DNA of 63,501 nt, filler included, from Octopus bimaculoides (GCF_001194135.2; 7 parts of 6 records of this genome joined end to end with filler, not necessarily neighbours in it); one strand, 5' to 3'. Positions 50,380 to 62,989 are shown, numbered from the whole stretch's first letter. The notes: generated from the sequence alone by a model not told the origin. Program-made: numbers and translations.

Positions 50380-51140
50380 AGGAGCAGGCATGGCTGTGTG
50401 GTAAGAAGTTTGTTTCCCAATCACATGGTTCTGAGTTCAGTTCCACTGCATTGCACCTTTGACAAGTGTCTTCTGCTATAGCCTTGGGTCGATCAAAGTC
50501 TTGTGAGTGAATTTCATCATCATCATCATCATCGTTTAACGTTCGCTTTCCATGTTAGCATGGGTTGGGCGATTTGACTGAGGATTGGTGAACCAGGTGG
50601 CTACACCAGGCTCCAATCTGATTTAGTAGAGTTTCTACAGTTGGATGCCCTTCCTAATGCCAACCACTCCAAGAGTGTAGTGGGTGCTTTTACGTGCCAC
50701 CGGCACGAGGGCCAATCAGGCGGTACTGGCAACGGCCACGCTCGAAATGGTGTTTTTTACGTGCCACATGCACAGGAGCCAGTCCAGCGGCACTGGCAAC
50801 GATCTCGCTTGAATGTCTCTACACGTGTCATCGGCACAAGTGCCAGGGCATAGATGCCATCACAATTTGGTAGACATAAACTGAAAGAAGCTAATAGTGT
50901 GTGTGTATGTGTGTGTGCTTAAGTCTGAGGTCTGTCCTCCACTACTGCTTAATGACCGGTGCTAGTGTGTTCACATTCTTGTAAGCTTAGCAGTCAGCAA
51001 AAGGAGACTGATGGAATAAATACCAGGTTTGAAAATAGCAAAAGTACTGGGGCTGATTCATTCCATTAAATTATTCTTCAAGATGGTGCCTTAGCATGGC
51101 CACAGTCAAATGACTGAAATAAGTAAAACATAAAAGATAA
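50380..51140 (+). mobile_element. SINE type A interrupted by an antisense type C element (50515-50868)
   Basis: Type A head stops at gtgagtgaattt and resumes tttggtagacataaactgaaagaagc after the insert. Confidence 0.8.
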
Positions 51141-51274
51141 ATGCGTCATGTTATAGGATCAACAGTACTTGAAAAGACCTGTGAGCATAGATATTCCAGT
51201 TATGACCATCTTGTCTTATACTCAAGCTGTTTATTTTACACTAGAATATATTTCTCTTTATGTATAAAGATAGA

Positions 51275-51590
51275 GACCCTCCCCCCTTTGATCTCTTTAT
51301 GTATAAGGGCAAAAATCCCCCTTCGGTCATGACTGACCATGAAATTGCACCTAGAAAGTTCCCTTCGGAGGCACAAGTCCAGGCAAGGTTGTTTATGGAT
51401 GACCAGCAGTCAGTCGCCCATGCATACCAGCCTCTCCTCTCCACATCACCGAGGTTATCCAAGGGAAAGGCAAAGGGGCCGATACAGCTTGGTACCATTT
51501 TTACAGACAAGTGAACTGGAGCACTAAGAAATAAAGTGACTTTCTCAAGAAAGCAACACACAGCTCGGTGACTGACGGAGTGTTCCTTTT
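51275..51590 (-). mobile_element. Unclassified interspersed repeat (SINE/LINE-tail-like)
   Basis: gggaaaggcaaaggggccgatacagcttgg...gtgaactggagc...aaataaagtg layout looks like a retroposon; ORF 51260-51514 judged spurious. Confidence 0.45.
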
Positions 51591-53134
51591 TTTTTTTTTT
51601 TTTGCTACCTGGATGGGAATGGCTAAAAGGGTCCATATTAGTAGAATAGCATAGCAATCAAAAGGGACCCATTGGTAAAAAAAATGGCTGAGAATCATTG
51701 TTCTAGCCTATTATTCCTGTTAACTAAGATGGGAGCAGCATCAAAAGTGTCTTTACTCACAGACACCAAGAACTCTTTCTCTGCCACTGGTCTAAGAATA
51801 TTTCATGAGAAAACCAGATTCCACTTTTGGATGGAGAAGTTTGAGAAAAGGCCATTATGAATTGCATTGACTAACATTTAATCTGATATTAATTATAAAT
51901 AATTAAATGTAATTAGACCAGGAATTATGTAACTCAAAGTAGTTTGGTTATAGGTTCATATTGTAATTAGCAAATTAATTATTAAAAACACAAATTTTAA
52001 AACATACATGCTCACATATATTTAGACTTGAATGTAAGTACTGATACAGTAAAACACAGAGATATTTACACACAGACAGACATGCATACACAAGCACACA
52101 CACAAGGACACACACACACACACACACATACGTGTATGAAGCACATAGACTTGATCACACACAAATGGACAAGCATAAATATACATGCATTACAGAAAGA
52201 CATACAGGCACACACAAGCATGCACATATAGATACACATATGCATATAAACACATAAACACATAGTACAAACATACACACACATACTTACAAAGACATAA
52301 ACACACACAAGCATACACAAACATATACTACACACACATAAACACACTCACACAAATGCATAAACACACAGACACATAAACACATAAACAGACAGATACA
52401 CAAACATGCACATGCTTATACAAACACACACACATCGAACAGACACACACACAAACACACACAGAAACACATAAACACACACACACAAACACATAAACAC
52501 ACACACACAGNNNNNNNNNNNNNNNNNNNNNNNNNNNNNNNNNNNNNNNNNNCATATGCATACAAACGCATAAACACACACACACACACACATATACACA
52601 TACATGCACACACACACACACACACAAGCACACGCACAAACACATAAACATACATAAACACACACACACAAACACATAAACATGCACGCATGCACACACA
52701 AACATACTCACACAAAGACATAAAGACACACACACATAAACACAAAAACGCACACACACACACACACACACAGGCATGAAAATGACACCCACTACACAGT
52801 TATACACTTATATACAGACAGACAACACACACATACATACATACATACATACATACAATCACATATACAGAGACATATGCACACACATACAAACACACAT
52901 GCACTCACACACACACATAAGCATTCACTACTACAACTATGATTTGATATTCATTAATTGTAATCTACTTGTTCTGTGTTAATTATTGCAGAAATAAATT
53001 AATGATGTTATAAGCAAAGCTAAAAACCAAATTGAAATTGGAGTTTATGAATTTTAATTAAGTTTATGAATTGTTTTTTGTCCTTGTAGTTGTAGGTGTA
53101 GGAGGTGTGGTTTCTGTAAGCATCATCATCATCA

Positions 53135-54055
53135 TCAGCAGTAGTAGTAATAGTAGTAGTACTTGCAACTGTTGAAGTAGTAATGGTGGTGGTGGTGGTG
53201 GTGGTGGTAGTAGTAGTAGTAGTAGTTGCAATTGTTGAAGTAGTGGTGGTAGTGGTAGCCGCTGTAGTAGCAGTAGTAGTAATTGCAATTGTTGAAGTAG
53301 TAGTGGTGGTGGTGGTGGTAGTAGTAGTAGTTGCAACTGTTGAAGTAGTGGTGGTAGTGGTAGCCGCTGTAGTAGCAGTAGTAGTAATTGCAATTGTTGA
53401 AGTAGTAGTGGTGGTGGTGGTGGTAATAGTAGTAGTTGCAATTGTTGAAGTAGTGGTGGTAGTGGTAGCCGCTGTAGTAGCAGTAGTAGTTGTTGCAATT
53501 GTTGAAGAAGTAGTGGTGGTGGTGGTGGTAACCACTGTAGTAGTAGTGGCAGTTGCAACTNNNNNNNNNNNNNNNNNNNNNNNNNNNNNNNNNNNNNNNN
53601 NNNNNNNNNNNNNNNNNNNNNNNNNNNNNNNNNNNNNNNNNNNNNNNNNNNNNNNNNNNNNNNNNNNNNNNNNCTGTTGAAGTAGTGGTGGTAGTGGTAG
53701 CCGCTGTAGTAGCAGTAGTAGTAATTGCAATTGTTGAAGTAGTAGTGGTGGTGGTGGTGGTAATAGTAGTAGTTGCAATTGTTGAAGTAGTGGTGGTAGT
53801 GGTAGCCGCTGTAGTAGCAGTAGTAGTTGTTGCAATTGTTGAAGTAGTAGTGGTGGTGGTGGTGGTAACCACTGTAGTAGTAGTGGCAGTTGCAACTGTT
53901 GAAGTAGTAGTGGTGGTGTTGGTAGCCACTGTAGTAATACTAGTAGTAGTAGCTGCTGTAGTAGAAGTAGTAGTAGCAGTAGCAGTGGCAGCAACTGCAG
54001 TACTTGTAGTAGTAGAGTAGCACCACCAATAGTAGTAGTAGTAGTAGTAGTAGTT
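53135..54055 (-). repeat. Higher-order trinucleotide-based tandem array (~105-bp unit) with open Thr-rich frame
   Basis: Alternating 57- and 48-nt subunits beginning (g/a)ttgcaa(t/c)tgttgaag; minus frame reads STIATTTT...ATTAATTT with no stops on either side of the gap. Confidence 0.8.
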
Positions 54056-54966
54056 GGTGTGGTTGTTGATTTGTTGATGCTATTTTAAATGATGTATCTG
54101 TTGAAACTGTTCATATCTCTCTCGTTTACATTGTCTTCATCATCTGACATTATTGAAAAATAATAACTGGATATTTCTACCTCTTTGCGCCTCATCAGAT
54201 ACTTGCTATTGACAAAGCCTAAGGAGACAGAAATACATACTTAGCAATGTTGGTGGATGATTTTTTTTTTCTGATACTGATATATTTCTGTGTTTTTTAA
54301 CACTGTATGTCCATGAGAAAAGTTATCTTGAGATGAATACCACAGCTTAGCAGGCTTTCAATGATATATCTGTTTTAACTATGATACACAGATGGCTCTC
54401 TCTCTCTTTCATATATATATATATATATATTCATTTATTTATTAACCAAAGTGTACAGTACACAAAGACACACACACACATATATACACATATATATATA
54501 TATATCTTTAGCAAAGCAGGTGCTTCTTAGTACCTCTTCTATTTTTCTTCTCACTAGAGAAAAAATAGAATTTCAGAAATTTTTTTACTACCCACTGATT
54601 TATTATTTTATATTATATATATATTTATCAATTTTGTCCATATAGCTTTTACACTTGCAGCTACTAACACTTGTTCTCATATATAAATGGATCAAAAGAG
54701 TTTGAAAGTTTCAAGCGTGCTGCTAATCTTCAGCCATTTTGAATATATATATATATATATATATATATGTTAATTCTCTAAATGAAGTATTAACAGTAAC
54801 TGCACGATAAAGTGTAGTATATTGCCACTTAAGTGTGGCTGACCCCTAGGGGTGGATGTTACTGTTGCTTTTAGCCCCAGGAGGACATCTCCTCCAGCTG
54901 GCTTATCGACACACGACTGTGTCCTGTTTGCCAAGGGAGTTATCCCTCTCACCTCGACCAGCAGCA

Positions 54967-55011
54967 CGAACGTATCCGGATTTCAGGGTTATTTCCCTTC
55001 GTCGGCGTTCG
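54967..55011 (-). ncRNA. Minimal type I hammerhead ribozyme motif (PLE-type)
   Basis: CGAACG-CCGACGA-AGGG(AAATAA)CCCT-GAAA-T(CCGG)A-TA^CGTTCG: 6-bp stem I, 4-bp stem II, 2-bp stem III with palindromic loop, AUA cleavage triplet; U4C in the core. Confidence 0.65.
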
Positions 55012-55364
55012 ACAGCTGATGACCTTGGTGAGAGAGACAAAACCTGGCAAACCTTATATCTTCTTTTCCAGTGACATTCTTCACTGATANNNNNNNNNNN
55101 NNNNNNNNNNNNNNNNNNNNNNNNNNNNNNNNNTTAATTAATTAANNNNNNNNNNNNNNNNNNNNNNNNNNNNNNNNNNNNNNNNNNNNCCTGCAGAACT
55201 AATGTGGGGTATAGAATATGGAATATACAACATACAATATAAAATAAAATAACATAAAAATGGATGGCACCATGAAAGAAAGTATTGAATGTAGATGAAA
55301 TATTGAGTGTTCAATATACAGGATCAAATATATAAATATATAAATATAAATATATATATATAAA

Positions 55365-55404
55365 GGCGACTCGAGTTTCAGGGCTATTTCCCTTCGTCAT
55401 GGCC
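55365..55404 (-). ncRNA. Degenerate hammerhead motif related to 54967-55011
   Basis: GGC-C(A)TGACGA-AGGG(AAATAG)CCCT-GAAAC(TCGA)GTC^GCC; one inserted base in the core. Confidence 0.5.
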
Positions 55405-55425
55405 GGTATGACAGACTTTAACAGA

Positions 55426-55471
<46 letters not shown>

Positions 55472-55533
55472 GCATATATATGAGTGTGTAAAAATGCATG
55501 TGTGTAAAATCTCTGTGCTGTATTGGTTCTTAG

Positions 55534-55584
55534 AATGTTAATAACATTAAAAACTTAGCAAACTATTTTATGCTACACAATCAG
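55534..55584 (+). CDS. Candidate 51-nt exon (NVNNIKNLANYFMLHNQ)
   Basis: ttggttcttag acceptor, CAG|GTAAGT donor, only phase 0 open. Confidence 0.4.
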
Positions 55585-55868
55585 GTAAGTGTGCGTGTAC
55601 TTCTACTTTTGAGAGTACGTATGTGTGTGAGTGTGAGTGTGTGTGTGCGTGCGTCGGGACGTATATGTGTGAAAGTGAGTGTTATTTTATTCGGATACCA
55701 AATGTAGCGTACGGAATTTAATTTACCTTAACACTAAATTCATAACAATTCTAGAACATTTTACGTGTAAATAATATTCGGTAATTTTTCATTTTTTTCC
55801 CTATTATCCCAGTAACTCAATTATATTCACACTATATGACTGATCAAATTTCATTTCAAATGTCTTAG

Positions 55869-55940
55869 GCAACTGTACGACTGCGCAGTTCATTTTTGTA
55901 CAGCGCACAATGTGAAAATGTTATGAAGCGAAAACTCTGA
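55869..55940 (+). CDS. Candidate terminal exon (ATVRLRSSFLYSAQCENVMKRKL*)
   Basis: tttcaaatgtcttag acceptor, phase-compatible with 55534-55584. Confidence 0.2.
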   Translation, partial: ATVRLRSSFLYSAQCENVMKRKL

Positions 55941-56047
55941 AAATTGTACAGAATGTAATGTTAAGTATCTGTCCTAAATACGAACGCTGATTTTAAGGTA
56001 TTTTAAGGTATTGCATCGATGGTTCGGCTGTTCATCATGCTAAAAAC

Positions 56048-56232
56048 CTTAATTACCTCCGCATTCGCTAAGGTGAAGGTATTGTTTTCAGTCGCGTTTG
56101 TTTGTTTGTTTGTCCGTGTACACGATATCTCAATAACTGCTGGATGGATTCGAATGAAACTTTGAGGGATGTTTATCCTCGTGACTGGCACAAATTGATT
56201 AGATTTTGGGATAGATCCGGTACCGGAGAAGG
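56048..56232 (+). mobile_element. HINE/DINE-1-like non-autonomous Helentron-type repeat
   Basis: attacctccgc...gttttc...(gttt)n...atatctcaataactgctggatggatt...atgaaactt...attttggg..gatccgg resembles the DINE-1/HINE core layout. Confidence 0.5.
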
Positions 56233-56279
56233 ATTCTGCTTTAAGTTTGAAATATACTTATTTCAAAATTTGGCACAAG

Positions 56280-56470
56280 TGCAATAGGCTCGACGGAGAG
56301 TTTCAGTCGATGGCATCGATCCCAGCAGTAAACTGGTACATATTCTATCGACCACGAAAGGTTGAATGGCAAAGTGACCTTGCCGCATTTGAACTCAGAA
56401 TATAAAGATGGACGAAATACCACTAAGCATTTTGCCCTGCGTGTTAACAATTCTGCCAACGCGCCGCCAT
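56280..56470 (-). mobile_element. SINE type B
   Basis: atcgatcccagcag..actggtac...gaactcagaat...gttaacaattctgccaac. Confidence 0.7.
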
Positions 56471-57206
56471 ATTTAAACTTGTAAGGTTTTTCGAGAAACA
56501 TTACTAATTATAAGCAATATGTGAGATCACTATATGGATCCCTTGTATGTTACAAATGGACGTCAAACACTAAATCTGTGTTATCAACTTAGTAAAACGC
56601 TATATGTATTCGAGCTAGACAAATGAAAAGAAATAGAAATAGAATTCAATTCACTGCCCTGGGACATTTTTAAGTATGCTGACCACTTGCTGAAACTGAT
56701 ATTATTTAATATTATCATATCTAATAATATTATCTAAAAAATAGTGATTTCTACTCTCGTTAATTAATAATTATAATTAGTTGTTTTAGATTTTGCTAGT
56801 GCGTTGTATTATAGACGTGGTGTGTCATAGGAAGTAAAATTTTGAATTAGCAGTATGTTTTACATTTTAAAGCCTCCGCCGACATCTTGCTTTCGTGTGG
56901 TTTAAACAAGTCTACTTCAAATATTCGTACTAATGTTGAGGCCTCTTCGCTCATGACACTCTTGGTGATAATCATGATAATTATGGAGTTTCTTTTACTC
57001 CCGCTTACAAATTCCTAGATTCATATTGCAATACTATTGGAACATACTCACAAGGTACAGGAAACTTATATGTATACCATTCTGCCTAAATAATGGAATT
57101 ACAGATACAATATCCCTGCACATCTCACGTCTATTTTCATTCCTCCATTTCACTGTCTATTTCATATCTTATCTAGAATAACTATTGCTTAACCATTTTC
57201 TCACAC

Positions 57207-57256
57207 CGTCTCCGATGAAAAGATATAATAAATATCCCGAAAACAGCTGTAAGACG
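57207..57256 (+). ncRNA. Minimal hammerhead-like motif (PLE pLTR), slightly decayed
   Basis: CGTCT-CCGATGA-aaGATAT(AATAA)ATATCcc-GAAA-AC(AGCT)GTA^AGACG: 5-bp stem I, palindromic AGCT loop, one extra A. Confidence 0.55.
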
Positions 57257-57465
57257 TTTTATTTATGTTCTGAAATCTTTCACAGCCTTGGATTTTTATC
57301 TCATTCTATTAATTTTTATATATACACATGCTGATATATGACCTACGTTGGACTCCTCATTCGCATAATCATTGAAACTGGAGCTTAAATATAATCTGTC
57401 GATAGCGCTTACTCAGCATTACCTGACACCTTTGGGTCTTCTTGACACCAATACCTCTCATAACC

Positions 57466-57511
<46 letters not shown>

Positions 57512-58013
57512 NNNNNNNNNNNNNNNNNNNNNNNNNNNNNNNNNNNNNNNNNNNNNNNNNNNNNNNNNNNNNNNNNNNNNNNNNNNNNNNNNNNNNNNNN
57601 NNNNNNNNNNNNNNNNNNNNNNNNNNNNNNNNNNNNNNNNNNNNNNNNNNNNNNNNNNNNNNNNNNNNNNNNNNNNNNNNNNNNNNNNNNNNNNNNNNNN
57701 NNNNNNNNNNNNNNNNNNNNNNNNNNNNNNNNNNNNNNNNNNNNNNNNNNNNNNNNNNNNNNNNNNNNNNNNNNNNNNNNNNNNNNNNNNNNNNNNNNNN
57801 NNNNNNNNNNNNNNNNNNNNNNNNNNNNNNNNNNNNNNNNNNNNNNNNNNNNNNNNNNNNNNNNNNNNNNNNNNNNNNNNNNNNNNNNNNNNNNNNNNNN
57901 NNNNNNNNNNNNNNNNNNNNNNNNNNNNNNNNNNNNNNNNNNNNNNNNNNNNNNNNNNNNNNNNNNNNNNNNNNNNNNNNNNNNNNNNNNNNNNNNNNNN
58001 NNNNNNNNNNNNN

Positions 58014-58053
<40 letters not shown>

Positions 58054-58218
58054 CAGAGTTAGCGGTTATAATAACTGACTAATGGATAAAATATCCGTAT
58101 GTACTATCGGTACCCGTTACCCGTGTTATCCCCCGGGCGTTGGTGTGCGGGCACACTATGCTCCTAGAGTGCAAGTAACAACAGGATAAACAAGAGCTTA
58201 TCAGGAAGCCAATACAAA

Positions 58219-58720
58219 TAATCAGAAAATGGAAAAAACCTCAGATTAACAAACACATCGATTGGACCACATTTATAGCTTACTTTTTAATACAAAGCAT
58301 GACATAGCAAATAGGTGACGTAACAAATCTTACGTAAATAAAATTTGTAGCATTCACTTGGCTATCACTAGTTCTCCCTTTTACCTACGGACCTCGTACC
58401 CGCGAGATGATAGTGTATATGCTTTTAATATATCCGGCTTCTAGACATCTTTTCTAGGCCATGTTTTCTATCCTTTTCTTTCTACCCTTTATACTGGACG
58501 CTCTTGTTTTTTACTCTGATGAAGCTGTGTTCGTTAATTCAAATGTCCTATGAAGATGAAGAACTTTATTTTCGCAATTTCCATAGACTGCGTTTTTTGG
58601 CAACGGATCGGAAACGGTTACGTCATCTATGTTATGTCATGCTTTGTACAAAAATATAAGCTATAAATTTGGTCCAATCGATGAGTCTGTTAATCTGAGG
58701 TTTTCTCCATTTTCTGATTA
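58219..58720. mobile_element. Element bounded by ~63-bp inverted repeats (PLE inverted pLTR or MITE)
   Basis: 58219-58281 is the reverse complement of 58658-58720 with ~5 mismatches; internal CTGATGAAG...GAAAC. Confidence 0.6.
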
Positions 58721-58831
58721 TATATAAATATATATATATATACCTAAGGTAATCCTATAAACCATGTGTGTGTGTGTGTGTGTGTGTGAGTGTGTTTGCT
58801 TGCGTGTATGTGTGTGTGTGTGTGTGTTTGC

Positions 58832-58878
<47 letters not shown>

Positions 58879-59604
58879 CAGTGAGGGAGAGAAGTGGAGG
58901 AAGAGATAAAATGTTCAGGATAGATAATACAGTGTAGTGCTTATGTGAATGCATATTTTGTGTGAATGTTTGTGCGCGCGCGTCTCTGTGTATGCCCACA
59001 CACGAACGCGCGCGCGAGCGCGTGTGTCTGTGTGCGTTATCAAGCTAAAGGGTCGATGCCATGGAAGGTGCGAAATACAGGTGTGAAACAAAGCGAGGGA
59101 GGCGGGGGAAGATAATATGACTGAGTTAGAAAACCACTGTGTACGAATGTTTGTGTTTTTATGTGGGCGAATTCTAAACCACGGGAGAGTTCTGGAGGCT
59201 ACATACGTATGAATCAAAGACAAAAGCTGGCGGACTAATGGTGAAGTGCTTATGCTTGTATGTATGTGTGCGAAGAGTGGATAGCGTGGGTTTTTCCGTG
59301 TCCACGTGATTATATGTGCGGATATATATGTATAAGCAAGAGATATAGTGTGCAGTAGTTTAGTAGATATTGTGTATGTGTGTGGGTGGGTGTTGTTTAT
59401 AACTGCTATTATTATTAATGAATGGAAGAGATTTTTTTATAACTTCATCTAATGGATCCTCGAATGCTTCAAATGAGAGAATGGCATATTTCTATGGCGC
59501 TTAAGATTTTTCTTCTTTAAATTGCCATTGTTTTGAAAATAATATTTACATTAGATATTTCATGAATTCTTTCGTTTTCATATTTCATACAAATTTATTT
59601 CCAA

Positions 59605-59662
<58 letters not shown>

Positions 59663-59762
59663 NNNNNNNNNNNNNNNNNNNNNNNNNNNNNNNNNNNNNN
59701 NNNNNNTTAATTAATTAANNNNNNNNNNNNNNNNNNNNNNNNNNNNNNNNNNNNNNNNNNNN

Positions 59763-59806
<44 letters not shown>

Positions 59807-60118
59807 TGTATTCATTGAGGTGATGAGTTGTGGCACCAAAGAGATAATGAGGACTAATGTAGAATTTCAGAAATCTGAGGAAATAGCTGGGAGATATAGA
59901 GAGGAAGAAAGGGCGCGAGAAAACTGTAATGAGATGAAGAACAGCATAATTGATGAAAAATGATGGGTAAAAGAATATCGGAAAATAAAAGTTTGGTGAT
60001 AATGGAGGTAGAGTAGTAGAAGCGTGTGGGTATGAGTGTGCGTATGTATATACGTGCGCGTGAGTATGCGTGTGTGACAGTGAATATGTACGTATGAATG
60101 TGTGTGTGTGTGTGTGTG

Positions 60119-60155
<37 letters not shown>

Positions 60156-60284
60156 AATATATGAGTATATGCATATATATGTACGTGTATGTATATACGT
60201 TCATCTACATGTACATATAGATACATAACTGGGTACATGACGTGGCAAAAGAACATGGACAAAATGGTAAACAAGGTGCAACAA

Positions 60285-60420
60285 ACAAGCAGGCCACATA
60301 GAAACATCCCCTTCATCAGCTGCCACCATTAAAACTCCGGCGTTTCGAAGAATTAAGGCAGTACCCATCGTTAAAATGGTTCTTCCCACGAACACAAATT
60401 AAATTGTTTTCGTGGAGGGT
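60285..60420 (-). mobile_element. PLE pLTR-like repeat related to 290-480
   Basis: CTTC-GAAAC-GCC-GGAG...CAGCTGATGAAGGGG; upstream part lost in the gap. Confidence 0.4.
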
Positions 60421-61208
60421 NNNNNNNNNNNNNNNNNNNNNNNNNNNNNNNNNNNNNNNNNNNNNNNNNNNNNNNNNNNNNNNNNNNNNNNNNNNNNNNN
60501 NNNNNNNNNNNNNNNNNNNNNNNNNNNNNNNNNNNNNNNNNNNNNNNNNNNNNNNNNNNNNNNNNNNNNNNNNNNNNNNNNNNNNNNNNNNNNNNNNNNN
60601 NNNNNNNNNNNNNNNNNNNNNNNNNNNNNNNNNNNNNNNNNNNNNNNNNNNNNNNNNNNNNNNNNNNNNNNNNNNNNNNNNNNNNNNNNNNNNNNNNNNN
60701 NNNNNNNNNNNNNNNNNNNNNNNNNNNNNNNNNNNNNNNNNNNNNNNNNNNNNNNNNNNNNNNNNNNNNNNNNNNNNNNNNNNNNNNNNNNNNNNNNNNN
60801 NNNNNNNNNNNNNNNNNNNNNNNNNNNNNNNNNNNNNNNNNNNNNNNNNNNNNNNNNNNNNNNNNNNNNNNNNNNNNNNNNNNNNNNNNNNNNNNNNNNN
60901 NNNNNNNNNNNNNNNNNNNNNNNNNNNNNNNNNNNNNNNNNNNNNNNNNNNNNNNNNNNNNNNNNNNNNNNNNNNNNNNNNNNNNNNNNNNNNNNNNNNN
61001 NNNNNNNNNNNNNNNNNNNNNNNNNNNNNNNNNNNNNNNNNNNNNNNNNNNNNNNNNNNNNNNNNNNNNNATATATACATATGTATGTATCTATATGTAT
61101 CTATGTATAAGCACATTTAGTCACTCACGCGCATACACATCTGTATACATACATATATGTATGCATATATTGCTTTTTCTGTTGCATGTATATGTGTTCA
61201 TGTTTATC

Positions 61209-61274
<66 letters not shown>

Positions 61275-61644
61275 ATCTATCTATCTATTTACGCGTATTT
61301 GCTTATACTCATGCACGTATGCATGCACGCGCGCATCGATTTGCGTACGTCTGTATGCTTGTACGGACGTATATATTTTTGTACGAACGGTGTAAATAAT
61401 GATGTGTTTGTCATAAAGAATATTACACCAAGTTCAAAAAGATATGATAGCCTGTAGCTCGCTTCTTGATGATTCATGTTCTTCAAGTATATTTTAGTAC
61501 ACATGAAAGTTCCCGACAGTGATATATGTGTGTATGTATGAATGTACGTACGTACGTACTTACGTATGTATGTATGTATGTATGTATATATGTATGCGTG
61601 TATGCATGTATGCACGTATGTATGTATGTATGTATGTATGTATG

Positions 61645-61675
<31 letters not shown>

Positions 61676-62049
61676 GTATGGATGAATGGATGGTTGTATG
61701 AATGGATGGATGTACGTATGTATGTATGTATGTATGTATGTATGTACGTACCTACGTATGGATGGATGGTTGACCGGATGTAAATGTATGTTTGGATGTG
61801 TGTGTGCATGTGTGTGTAAGCTTGTATGTATATTCTTGCGTCTGTGTATACGTATATTTTCAGGCAATGCGTGTGTATGTATATATGTATGCACGTATGT
61901 ATGGATATATATGTGTGTGTATATATATATGTGTGTGTGTGTGTGTATGNNNNNNNNNNNNNNNNNNNNNNNNNNNNNNNNNNNNNNNNNNNNTTAATTA
62001 ATTAANNNNNNNNNNNNNNNNNNNNNNNNNNNNNNNNNNNNNNNNNNNN

Positions 62050-62340
62050 AAAAAAAAAAAAGGTACTGAAACCTATTTGAAAAGGATACCAGGCTTACCA
62101 TCCCTACAGGAAGTGCAAAAAATCGTGCTACCTGGAACGACTCATGTACTGAGAAGAGCATTATCTCTGTAAAAACAACATCTTTTCATGGATTTTTTTT
62201 TTCTTAAATACATGTTTTACCTGTGAATTTGCGTGTGTAAACTGAGAATGCATACAACGAGTTTCTCTGCCCTAGGTGTACGGAAAACACTCGGCGAGAA
62301 ATGGAAGAACATTTGAAGAAAGAAGGAAAAAAACAACAAC
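62050..62340 (+). mobile_element. RLE-type LINE extreme 3' fragment
   Basis: KKGTETYLKRIPGLPSLQEVQKIVLPGTTHVLRRAL; 3' UTR runs into (TAA)n at 62341-62405. Confidence 0.8.
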
Positions 62341-62407
<67 letters not shown>

Positions 62408-62989
62408 TGATGATGATGATGATTTCTTTCATTGGCCACAAGAATCCAAGTCATAGGGGACAATATTGAAGGACGAGTTACAACACAAAAGCATTACAAA
62501 TAAGAAAACGTGCGGTTAGCATCACTCAAGGGGAGATGCTACCACATTAAAGGATATGACAGAGGATCTATAATAGAAAGTAGTGATATAAATAATGAAT
62601 AAATAAATAAACAGAATCCCCAATAGCATGGCAGTCCACTTAGAGTAGTCCTCGGTAAACCCCATACAAAAATCTTGGATTACCTTGCCATCTCCACGAC
62701 GTGAGAAAGTACCAATAATAATAACAAAAACAATAATAAATAAATAAATAGACGAAATAAAATGAAATTAAAAAAAAGATTTTAAATATTTAAAAAAGTT
62801 AACTAAATAAAAACATATACATGCATATATATATATAAACGTTTAATATATGCTCACATTTTACCGTATAGATAGAGAGACCAAGATAGAAGAGAGAAAA
62901 ACTGAATGTTTAGGAGATAAAGGGGATAGATCAATGAATATGCCTCTAGGTATCATACCCAAACCGACTAATGCATCTCGCTATAATGT

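Noticed and set aside
51672-51860. Third exon making a ~69-aa protein with the 49604 and 50254 exons (an MRPL33-like SKSK start was considered)
   Set aside because: The downstream sequence does not resemble bL33m and the acceptors are ambiguous; no gene name justified.
54087-54218. Minus-strand terminal exon FVNSKYLMRRKEV...YII*, and a CTGATGA...GAAA hammerhead in the same stretch
   Set aside because: No upstream exon partner found; the hammerhead stems do not pair. A competing plus-strand acceptor at ~54199 is equally unsupported.
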